A stretch of DNA of 64,000 nucleotides from Ginglymostoma cirratum. Its lineage: Eukaryota. Positions 50,345 to 61,700 of the stretch are shown one piece after another. The DNA is taken from contig JAHRHZ010000283.1 of NCBI GenBank assembly GCA_024137785.1, positions 38,041,739 to 38,105,738 on the forward strand, written 5' to 3'. The stretch's first letter is position 1, and each line of letters opens with the position of its first letter. The translations under genes were made by a program, and so were the position numbers. The notes under the pieces are model-generated. The model ran no database searches. It saw only the letters and a list, made by a program, of their open reading frames with translations, and had not been told where the DNA came from.

Positions 50345-50945
50345 GTTGCCAGAATAGATTGAGAGGGCCACTAGAAAGTCATTGAGATCCTTGACTTTAT
50401 TAATAGGAGCATAAAGTATAGAAGCAAATAAGTTATGTTAAAACTTACAAAGCACTTCTTAAGCCTCATATGGAATTCTGTGCTCAGCTCTGAGGATCAC
50501 GCTTAAGAGAGTGGAATAGTAGAAGGCATGAAAGACTTTACTTATGGGAAGAAATTAGAGAAACAGGTTGTTCATTCTGGAACAGAGAAAATTATGTTGA
50601 GATTTGACATGAGTGTTGCAAAACTTTAAGGACTTTGATTTGGTAAATAAGGAGAACCTGTTTCCAGTGGACAAAGGGTCAATGACTAATGGATACAGAT
50701 TTAAAATAATTCGCAAATGTACCAGAAGCGACATAAGGTCAAAAAATGTACACAGTGAGCTGCTGTGATCTGGAGAGCGTGACTTGAAAGTGTGGAGAAA
50801 ACATAGTCCATAATATCTTTCTACAGGTTATGGGACAAATCCTTTAAATAGTATCACATGGAATGGAGCTAAAGAGGGAAACTCATTGTATGAATCTTTC
50901 AAATGCCTGAATGACCTCCCCTTGTATTATTCTGTAATACTGTGA
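50345..50945 (+). mobile_element. Very old CR1 3' fragment
   Basis: tttattaataggagcataaagtatagaagcaaa (cf. FIxRGIEYKS), aagcctcatatggaattctgtgctcag (cf. RPHLEYCVQ) and the tail cctgaatgacctcc. Confidence 0.7.
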
Positions 50946-53900
50946 AGTGGAGTTATGTAGGGCTTTGGCAAAATGGTCATTGAACTCTTTCTGCATTGCT
51001 TTCTCTTCATTGTGTTTCATTGTGGCACTGTCTCTACCAGAACCTGCTATCTCGGTCTGCTACAGAATTGTTTTGGAGATAACTTTGCAAATTCTCATTC
51101 TTAATTTCTCCTCTGGGACATTGAAGAGGCATTTGAAAACTACCTTAGTGAAGGGAGTGGGAGGGAGGTGAATCGAAAGTCATTGGTGTAGAATGGCAAA
51201 AGGGGCAGTTCTTTGACCCATCTGTCTTCTGAAAATGAGTTTCACAGCTGTTCAAAGATAAATTCAAGCAGGAAATGTTTACTTTAAAAAACACATCCTT
51301 GCTTTAAATAGAATCAGGACTTACGCCAGAAGTAGTGTGCGTCATATGGGCGGGCTAGCAGGATTGTCACATGAGTAGAAAGCCAGCCTGTCAATCTTAT
51401 TAAAATGAATCCCAAGAGTTAAAATGGACTAAATCAGATGCCAAAAACATCATGGGGGCCAACCCCTCCTCCAAACACATGCACAATTTGCAGCCCCAAG
51501 TGAAAATTAATGCTGAAATATTATGAACTATTAACACTGTGAGAATTTTAGGAAAAGAGCACAATAACTCCTAAAGTAGCCTTGATTCATTTCTGTCAAA
51601 GTCCTCCTGCAGACATGTCACTTTTCAGTCATAAAGATATTGTAAGTACCTAACAAAAGATTGCATTTTACTTTAATTTTCACAATACAACAGTGACTGT
51701 GCTAAACTCCAAAGATTGCCAGAATGTTAATAACTGTGCAAATATTCATTCAAAGTTTAACTAGCCTTTTAGTTATAGTATCCATATGTGGTTTCATCAC
51801 AAACTACTTATTTAAAGGAGTTTGATATGGTAATCAGTTTTCTACAAACTGGCAAATCTCTAATATAATGCAAAATTTGATAGAGGACTAATATTTTTTC
51901 AATATTACGTGTTTAATGTTTTAATTATAGTTAGTGGTACAGCACATTTGACATGGTTCAGAGGAAAGGTCAAATACAGAAAATTAATTAGTTTTTCAAA
52001 CAATATTTTTTAATTATGAGTGATCTGCAGCCCATGTTTACATGAGAAGCTCCCAGCTGTCAGGTGCTCATTGTCTGTCACAGAAACTCTCACTAAGCCA
52101 TGCTGGGCTAAGACAGGATTAGAAATGATGAACCAACATGTTCAGTAAATCTTCTCAGTTGTGAGCCTGTAAGGTGGACCCTGGTACATTTGATTGGCAG
52201 CATGCTCCACTCAGCCAGTTTGTTCTGCTATTGGCTTATTCAACAGTCCTCTGTGGTTGTATTGAATGTCACCTACTGTGCCCAGCACGTGCCTGGACGT
52301 CAATTTCCTCACTTGCCCCTTGTTGTGGTGCAGGTGCTCAAGCTGAGAGGGAGGCAGACCAGTCATCTGGGTGGCACGTGCAACATTTAGGGCATATGGC
52401 ACCCTAGTTGTATGTTGAGAAGGATAACTGACGCCAAGCAGAGTCATCACTAACTTTACAACAGATGGGAAGAAGCAATGTATTCAATATTCAGACAGAT
52501 GTCCCCTCATTCCACCTGTTTTATAACTGGGACAATGTATATTCAAAAATGTATGCCTGATAATCATCCGGATATACAGTATAATCATAAATAACAGGGC
52601 AACAACTGCTTAAGATGAATGTGATTACTATATAAAATGTGCTTCTGCAGGCAAATCTGTTTGCTTTAACATGGTATGACTTATATACCGTGCCTAATGC
52701 CTTAATGTCTAACTGCTTAAACTGATCAGCTCTATTGTGTAAGTTATTGCTAAAGCAATATAAACATTTATTTTTCTGGAAGGTGATGATGAAGGACAGA
52801 GAAATTTGTGATAAATCAAATTTATGTTGAATTGATGAAGAAAGGGTTTTTTTTAGATTATTGAACATTTTTCTTCCATAAGAAGACAAAACCTTAACAA
52901 AAATCTGTAACAGAAGACAATACAACTAATTAGAGAATAATGAAATCATATTTCTTTGTTTATAAAAACAGCCTAGGTTAGTTGTTATTTTACGGTATAG
53001 TTATATGTTATTTTGTACAAATAAATGCTTATTTGGAGAGTCTAATGAAAATTTTAATGGTTGTCTTAGCTAATTGGCTTGCAGCCACATTTTTCTCTAA
53101 AATAATCTTCTCTCTATGTTTCAAATTTTCTAAACTAACCTGTCAGCTTTTGTAGTCAAATCTAACATTAAAAATGTTACGTAGCTCAAACAATGTAAAA
53201 CAAATCATTTACAATGGTTTAACAATACAGGGTGGTGATTTAAAAAAATCTTAGCTAGAAGATATCATTTAGTAACATTTTTTGATGAACACCAAAATAA
53301 GGAATATTGTTACTTTTAACATAATTACGACAGCTGAAAAAAAAGACATATGGATGAAATAGGGGTTATCCCCAGCTCAGCAGCACAGAACTCGCAAGGT
53401 TAATTACAGACAAACGCTGCTGTTCTTCACGTTCTCACCATTAAGAAGCTTCAAGCTTCCAAATGACCCGGCTGCAACAATAAGACCCTCTTTAGCCCAT
53501 TAACTAATTGATAAAATGAGAGTGTTTAGAATGAGTTAGAACTTGCAATTAGTGTCCAATTTGGTAGTTGTTGGTGGATGGCAAGGCTGGGCTGATTTTG
53601 GATGTTGCAGGCAGCTTTGATTGGAGCAACAATTTTAAACATATAATAATTGAGAAATAGTTTAAGGAGAAAAAAGGATGGAGGTGAGGATTGTCATGGA
53701 TGTTTACTCCAGGGGTTTTTAGGACAACAAGAGCCAATAACTAAAGCACTCTCATTCTTACATGGCACACTAGACAAGAGACAACGGTCCCAGATGGATT
53801 GTCAGAGCTTAGGCTGGGATTATGATGAGACAGTGGGTAATTATTGAGTTTCAGAGCCTTAGCTGTGATTAGTGTCTGCGAGCTTTTCACTTCCTTCAGA

Positions 53901-56900
53901 GGAAAGATTGTTGTTGCCTGTGTCCCAACATAGCACAGAACAACACATTTCAATATGACAGGATCTGTTCTTTCCTTTGATTACAAACTCTTAACCTGCA
54001 TGTTGCTGAAAATTAATCACACATCCTCATACAACTGCACTATAATTTTACTTCTAATATCAAAAAAAATGTATATTTCAGCTTGTAGTGTACAAGGCCA
54101 GAACATTCATTAAAATCCATTGTACATTCATTAGAGTTCACTGTACATTTCCTCCATAATAATGAGGTTAGCCCTTTCAGACCTCAATTTCAATTGCACA
54201 ATGAAACATTCAAATCAGCTTCATTATTTTAGACCTGAAAATGTGTAAAAACTTCCAGACCAGTGCTGAATGGTTCAAATCTTTGATTCACAGTTGACTG
54301 TGAATAAGTGTACAAGACTAGTTTGCAGAATGGTCTTCCACAGGTGAGTTTATCTCAGTCTTGTATTCTGCTTCAAGATTGCGTATTATTCTGTACAAAT
54401 GCCTTGCATTGTGTATGAGAAGCTGCAAATTACTTTAGACTGCAAAAAGGAGCACAGATAAACTCCACTGACTGAATCGTATATTTCAGTGACAAATTCT
54501 GTGAACTCAGTAATGCACCAGTATAAACAACCTTGCAAATACAAAGTGACAGAATATATGGGTGTTAACGAAGTAAAGGACGATAATGCATTTACTCTGG
54601 GCGAAAATATTTTTCTTTATACAATTTATAGCCTGTTGCTTACTTTCAGCCATAGTACAAAAGGTAGTTTGAACAAAATTCCCTTGCACATTCAGTCGAA
54701 GTCAAGAAAGAGAACATTACAGTTATGCCGTAGTCTTCATAAAAGAAAATGCCCTGGATGCGGTGACTTTTGTATTTTTGAATGCAGTATCAGTGTATAT
54801 TAATAAAATTCAAGCAAACTTCACTATAATGCAAACCTCAAAGTTAAAACAACATAGGGGAAAATGTGTTTTAAGGGTCTAAAGAGGTCCTGAATTGGGA
54901 TGGAAATTCAACTTATAGTCACTGTGATTACAGGCAATCTAGTTAAGATTCCTGCAGAGGCCAATAAGGAAGGACTCTCCATGAGCTCAATGTAAAGAAA
55001 ATTGACAGACAAGATTGCACTTTTAAAAAAAACTTCCATTGTAACAAACCAACTAAAATGAACAGAATTAAAGAATTAATTACAGGTGAAGGATATTTTG
55101 AAAAAAGCAAATTTCACTTTAAAATGTTGATATAGCAAGGATACACCCCATATTGTTACAAGCCCTCATATTACTTCCTGCTCAAATGTAAGACCATGTA
55201 AAATATCATAATCTTTCCAAACTTGAGAAACTCTCACTTCTCACTCAAACATTTAGCCTTTGAGTCACTTTCATCAACAATAGGATTTCATCCAAAGTCT
55301 CCATGCAGAGTTACCACTGATGAGGTACATGTTTTTGAGCTTTCTCTCACTCAGGTCCCAACAGCCCTCATGGCACAGAATTCCAGGAACTCCCTTCTTG
55401 GCCTTTTAAATAGCCTAGCGGATCCAGGTTACAGTGAAATAGTAGCATCGGTCTTGTCTGATGCACAATCTGTTGCCCCTCCTGTCTTCGGCTCTTTGCT
55501 TTTTTCAACTTCTTAATACACTGTAACACAGTGTCTGTTTTATTTTCAATGACCTACTTCTGTTCGAAGACTGCCAAATAGAAAACTGTTCAACTTGGAG
55601 ACAGCCCTGATTGTTTCTTCTTTGCTCGAATTCTTTGTGTGTTCTAAACTGCCAACAGAAAACGCAGGCTGATCCAACCTGCTGAAATTGTTTTTTTTTA
55701 TTTTGATAACCCACCACTAAGTTACTCGATCACCCGATTGCCTAGTCACAAACACTGGCCGACAGAAGCAGCATAACAATAACTAAATATAGGAAGGACC
55801 AAGAACGTGGGGTGAATTAAATCAAAATGGGATTTGTGGAGGAAATAATGAACCACAGCTGCCGCAGTGCTGGCCTCCCTCTAAAAACTTCAAGGCTATT
55901 GGTAAACAGCATGTGCTCACTCTCCAAAGGCACAGACATAGCTGTCGAAGGGAGGCAGGCAGTCAGGAATTACAAACCACACCATGGTCCATTGCCTGCC
56001 TACTTTTGCCAGGCTCTTGAGGAGGTCCTCCAACCTGCCTGCCTCACTTTGCTGTTCATCCGAATGGCCACATGGGAATTTCCTGGAAGCTAATGATGCC
56101 AATAATTAGCAAATCAACTAACCTTATTTCAGAATACTTCTGGTCCACAATGGTCTTAAAGGAACATTGCACCAAAGAAAATACACATATTTCCAAGACA
56201 TGGACTTATCATAGGAGTCAGTGACTGAATAGAGATGGATTCAGTGATGAATTTTTGGCAGAGATTGAAGACAATGATTTTGTTCTTCAAAATGTTGAGT
56301 TGAAGGAATTTGTGGTTCTATACTTCAAAGGTATTTCACTGGCTGTAAAGCATTCTGAGATGTCCAGCAGTTGTGAAAAGTGTTATACAAATGCAGTTCT
56401 CTCTTTTTTTCAGATGCTGGATATTGAACTAGTGGTTGGACTATTCTAGGACTATGTAGCACAACATCTACCACACACCACCATGTTCATACTCAAAGTA
56501 ATCCCAAAGATATTGGCATGAGGACACCTGACTGAAACAGCTCCAATGAATCTTTGACTAAAGCATAAATCGCACATATCTTCCAATATTTATGCTAACT
56601 TACTAAAATCTATGGCTATGACATTAGTGCCACAGCACCACTGGTGCTAATGCTGTTGAAGCCTGAAAATGTTCAGAAAACATCCGACTACATATGGTGT
56701 GACCCACGTAGCACACCTTAACAGTAAGAGTACTATTCAGGAATGCCAATGTGTGCCAGAATCATGAAATACGCACAGGCTGTAACATCATGCACAGTCT
56801 AATGCTGAACTAGTACCTGATTTGTGATATTGGAGCACTCCACTAGACATGTGCTCAGTTGCACAGGAAACACCTGACTAGTTTAATTTAAAGGGATCAA

Positions 56901-57134
56901 TACTGGACTTTCAGATGAAATTGTTTTTGACCGTCTTTTGCTACCGCAGTTACATCAAGTTCTGTGTTATGCATTTTTGGATCTCCAATAAAATAGTTTT
57001 GCACCCAGACAGCAAGGTCATTGGAGTTAGGAGGGCCGTCAGGAGAAAACCTGCATCCAGTAATGAGATGATTTGCTTTTGGCCTGTGGCTAAAATGGAG
57101 ACGGAGTAGAAGCAAAAGAGAGTAAAAGCAGTAC

Positions 57135-57420
57135 AGAGAATCATAGAGTCATACAGCACGGAAACAAACCCTTTGGTCCAACCAGTCCATGCCGAACATA
57201 ATCCCAAACTAAACTAGTCTCACCTGCCTGCTCCTGGCCCTTATCCCTCCAAACCTTTCCTACTCATGTACCTATCTAAGTGTCTTTTAAACGTTGTAAC
57301 TGTGCCCACATCCACCACTTCCTCACGAAGTTCATTCCGTACACGAACCACCCTCTGTGTAAAATATTTGCCCCCTTTTTTGTAAATATCTCTTCTCTCA
57401 TCTTAAAATATGCCCCTTAG
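57135..57420 (-). mobile_element. CR1/HER1-type LINE 3' end fragment
   Basis: atcatagagtcatacagcacggaaacaaaccctttggtcca...catccaccacttcctc...accaccctctgtgtaaaa is the reverse complement of the CR1 FFTQRVV/WNELPEEVV terminus and tail. Confidence 0.8.
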
Positions 57421-57507
57421 TTATTGCTGTTAACACGCTTGTTATCACACTTTTGAAAGCTTCCACTTATCAGAAGTTGCTTAACCTGTAAACAGTCTAC
57501 TCTAAAT

Positions 57508-57835
57508 GGGGAGGTGATGGCCTAGTGGTATTATGGCTGGACTATTAATCCAGTGACCTAGATAATGTTCTAGGGACCTGGGTTCAAATCCCACCATGGC
57601 AGATAGAATTACAAGTCTAATGATGACCATGAATCCATTGTCAATTATCAGGGGAAACCCATCTGGTTCATCAGTGTCCTTTAGGGAAGGAAACTGCCAT
57701 CCTTACCTGGCCTACATGTGACTCCAGACCCACAGCAACATGGTTGACTCTAAACTGTCCTCTGGGCAATTAGGGATGGATAATAAATGCTGCCTAGCCA
57801 GTAATGTCCTCATCCTGTTAAGGAGTAAAGAAAAC
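57508..57835 (+). mobile_element. tRNA-derived DeuSINE-type (SacSINE1-like) SINE, near full length
   Basis: A box tggcctagtgg, B box gggttcaaatccc, central gtcctttagggaaggaaactgccatccttacctgg...gtgactccagacccacagcaa, and an A-rich end. Confidence 0.85.
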
Positions 57836-57929
57836 AACTTTTGAAAGTTCTTCTTACTCCAAATAAAAACTCTAACTTTTATGGAAGGCTTATCCTTTCC
57901 ATAACTATTTAAAAACTAATAGAATTATC

Positions 57930-59160
57930 ATCATCAGCCCCAATATGTTACCCAACAAACACTACAGTCACTTGCCCTGCCTTATTACCCAAGAAACAGT
58001 CAAGTTTTGCTCCTTCTCTAGTAGGAACAATTACATATCGATAAAGAAAATTTTCTTGAACACACTTAACAAATCCTTCACCATCCAAACCTTCAACACT
58101 ATATTAGTCACAGTCAATATTTCCAAAATTAAAATCACCTACTATAACAACCTTGTTATTCTTACATATATTTCTCTACATATTTGTTCCAGAACCTCCC
58201 TCTGACTATTTGAGGCAGCGGGTGGGGGGGATGCGGTGATGAGATGATATAGTACAATCCCATCAAGGTGATCATTCCCTTCTTATTTCTAATTTCAACC
58301 CATATATTTTCACTGGACAATTTTTCAGAAGTATCTTCTCTAATTACATCAGTGAAATTTTCCTTAATCAAAAATGACACTCTCCTTCTCTTTTGCTTTC
58401 TTTTCTATCCTTCCTGCAGCATCTGAAACCCAGTACACTGAGCTTCCAGTCCTGTCCATCTCTTAGCCAAGTTTCTGTAATAGCTATGATGTCCCAATCC
58501 CGTGTTCCCAAACATGCCCTGACTTTATCAGCCTTACCTGTAAGACCCCTTGCATTGGAATAAATTAATTCTTCAGAGTTACTTTGTTCTCTGAATTACT
58601 CTTGTCTGTCTTTTTTAATTAACCTGTTCTTTTCAGATTCAGAACCATCCTCATCTAATTTTCTACTTAATCTGCTACTTAGGATCCCTCCAGCCCATCT
58701 CTCTAATAGTTTACAGTCTCCCTTGATAGAATTAGTGAGTGTCCCCACTAGCACGTTGGTCCCACTCCAGTTCAGGTGATCCTGATCCTTTTGATCAGGT
58801 CTTTTCTGCTCCAGAAGAAATCCCAATTATTTAAGAGCTGAATCCCTGAACATTACACCAACTCTTCATCCATTGATTTATCTCCTTTATCCTTTTATTC
58901 CTTCCCTCATTCAAGCTTGCCACCAGGCATAAACTTAAGATTACTACTTTTGAGGTTCTGTTTTTTAATCTTCTACATAACCTCTTATATTCACTCTCTA
59001 AAGCTTTAATCTTTTCCCTAGCTATATTCATGCCTACCAATGTGTACAATAACATCCAGCTTCTCACTCTCCCTTTAACAATATGCTTCAAATGTTTTGA
59101 GACACCCTTAATCCTGGCACCAGGAAAGCAACATACTGTCTTATATTCATGCCTACTGCA
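57930..59160 (-). mobile_element. Old CR1 fragment (ORF1 SGNH-esterase plus start of the ORF2 endonuclease)
   Basis: Minus-strand ORFs give VGMNIAREKIKALESEYKRLCRRLKNRTSKVVI...RNKRIKEINQWMKSWC, HLNWSGTNVL and SSENIWVEIRNKKGMITLMGLYY. Confidence 0.85.
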
Positions 59161-60234
59161 TGGACTTTAAAACCCACCTCTCCAAACCTCATGCCTCCAT
59201 CCCTTTGGTTACTAACCTTCCCGGAGTATTACTACCTATTTACCCTGATCCAGGAAATGCTGGGATCTTCATTCTGGGATTGAACACAATTTCCGCAGAG
59301 CCAACTGAGCTCTGAAGCACAAAGGATGCCCTCTGAAGATAGTATTCCTTTCCTTTGTGCATTTTTAATAACTTTTAAAAATTACTCCTCATTCCTACCT
59401 GGCTGCCCACACCATCCCTATCATAGAGTGAGCAATGTAATAATGGACTTTAAATGAGATCAGTTGACCCTTAAATTATTTATTTACATATGGTGTATGG
59501 GTTGCTGGTTTTGGTGCCAACTCACTTTCTCTGTTATGGTGGGGGGGTGCTGGTGGGTTAGCTTCAGGGTAGGTGAGAAGGTGGCAGTCCATGTTATGGC
59601 CCTCCACTGAAAACACACCCTGTAGAGGCATGTAATATCCAGTCTGACATCACTACTGCTCCACAATTCCCATTTACCTTGAACCATCATGTCATCCTCT
59701 TGGTCAAAATTCTGAAATAAAAGCCACCCAAGGTGCCATCATACAGCAATTTTATCCATCAACACTTCCACAAACAAATAACTGCAAACCAATTCTATCA
59801 AAAAGACTGTCTAATACATTACACACAATTCAGCTACTAATGCACAAGGATCTACCTTGCAGAAGTCTTTGCCTGGTCTAGCACTCCTACGCAGTGGTCC
59901 CTAGCATAGTGGTAGAAGACTTTCACTGAAGGAGACTTCAAAAAGCTTTGTAAGAAATCCTTGAGCAGCTCCAGGCCTTTTGTGCTGGGTTCACATTGTA
60001 TCACTGCAGTGAGGGTGGAGCAATCATGCTGACTAGCTGAGAGGAAACAGCAAAGGGAGTGGTGCAGTAGCAATGGCGGTGGCTTGACAACGTTAATCCC
60101 GAAAGCAGACAACAGATTTGAGCTCTAAACAGCCACTGAACCTCAGTAATCCTCGTATTCTGTTGGAGCTCTGATTGCTGAACTGCTGACATAATTGGCA
60201 TGCCCCTTTGATTTCTGAGTTCCATATCCTTGAT

Positions 60235-60500
60235 ACAAGTATATGCTGGAATAGGCCATTTGGCCCTCTAGCTTGCTCTCCCATTCAACATGATCATGGT
60301 TGAGGTGATTGTACCTTCAAATCCACATTCCCACCTACTCCTGATAGCCATTCACCACCTTTCTTATCCACCTCAACCTTAAAAATATTCAAGTACTCTG
60401 CCGTCCATCACTTTTTTAGGGCAATACCAAAGACTTATGAACTTCCACATGTTTTTTTTTGCCTCATCTAGGTGACCCCTTATTTTTACCCAGTGACCCC
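60235..60500 (-). mobile_element. CR1 3' tail fragment
   Basis: ggaataggccatttggccctctag...ccattcaacatgatcatggttga parallels the tail at 44975-45035. Confidence 0.75.
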
Positions 60501-61440
60501 ATTCACGACATTTTATATTGGTACCATGACTTCAGTCTGAACTTCTGCAGCAATGGGATGTTGTGTGGCTTCTGTCTGCATTGCAAATGAAGCTGAGTGA
60601 TTGATCACCAGTTGTTGCATTACGGATGGTTTCCCAAATATTTCATTGAGTTTGCGACCATTACTGTTTTCAAGGATGGGTTTTAAATACTGCAATGATA
60701 TTCTCAAGTTTGTACATAGGACTGTTGTTTGCAGTGCTTATGAGGTTTGAGTCTTTCAAATGTTGCTGTCTGGGTATTGCAGAGCCAAATTCAGAGAAGC
60801 AGAATTGTTTGTATAAAATGAACAAACAAGTTGTGCGCAATTGTCTGAAAAAGCTGTGCTTGTAAAGTACCATACATAAATCTTAGCTTTGATGGACCTG
60901 ATAAATAAAAGCCTGGAGTACAAAAGCCAAAAGGTTTTGGTCAAGCTATTTAGTAGTTTGACCCCACCACGATTATTGTCCCAATTCTGGATACCTGAGG
61001 GACATCGGGGGAGGGTTAAAGTGGGTGAAGTTGGAATAAGGGACTTGGAAACAGGCAAAGCTCTATGTGTCATTATTACTCTTCTTGGCCTGGTTGGAGC
61101 TATGTCAAAATAGCAAAACTTGCTCCTGCGAGACTTGCAGCTTTTTGAGTGTGAGTTCCAATTGCTGATGTCTTAGTGATGGCACACTAAGCAGTACAAA
61201 CATTGTTGATGTGGTGAGTAGAAGATAAAAGTTGAAGACATATTCACTGGTCTTAGCCACACAGGTGCAGCCATTGGAGTTTGTCTGGTATTGCTGCCAG
61301 GGTTTCAGGGTCAGATTCTGTGAACTGATCTCTGTAGCCATCTGATGCCAATCCCTTCTCAGAGTTCTTTGAGAGTCTCCTGACTCCCTGTGGGAATATG
61401 GCTTTTCTCCTTATTTTGAATTTAAGCACTGATGGCTCCA

Positions 61441-61520
61441 GTATCACATCTGAAAGTTAGCAAGCCATCTCTCTGTTCCAGCATCACATCGGAAAGTTAG
61501 CAAGCCATCTCTCTGCTCCA
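61441..61520. repeat. Tandem duplication, 40-bp unit, 2 copies
   Basis: gtatcacatctgaaagttagcaagccatctctctgttcca and gcatcacatcggaaagttagcaagccatctctctgctcca (3 mismatches). Confidence 0.95.
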
Positions 61521-61607
61521 CTTCTCCATTAACATTCCCCAGTCCAAAACCTTCCCAACACTGTTGCAGCAGCTGCTATAGTCCAAGAATGCTTCTCCTT
61601 AAAGAGA

Positions 61608-61700
61608 TTCTGATAAAAGATCATTGATCTCAAATGTTAACTGTTTCTCTCCACTGATGCTGCATGATCTGCTGAGTATTTGCAGCATTTTTTGGATTTT
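61608..61700 (+). mobile_element. Decayed Penelope terminal-repeat fragment
   Basis: ttctgataaaagatcattgatctcaaatgttaactgtttctctccactgatgctgcatgatctgctgagta is similar to 47201-47285. Confidence 0.65.

Noticed and set aside
21151-57600. tRNA-like A/B boxes at 21151 and 57508 as tRNA genes
   Set aside because: They are SINE heads followed by SINE core and tail; no complete cloverleaf.
49062-61520. The 48-bp and 40-bp direct repeats (49062 and 61441) as possible CRISPR-like arrays
   Set aside because: Only two adjacent copies each, no spacer series, no cas genes, vertebrate context; they are ordinary local duplications.
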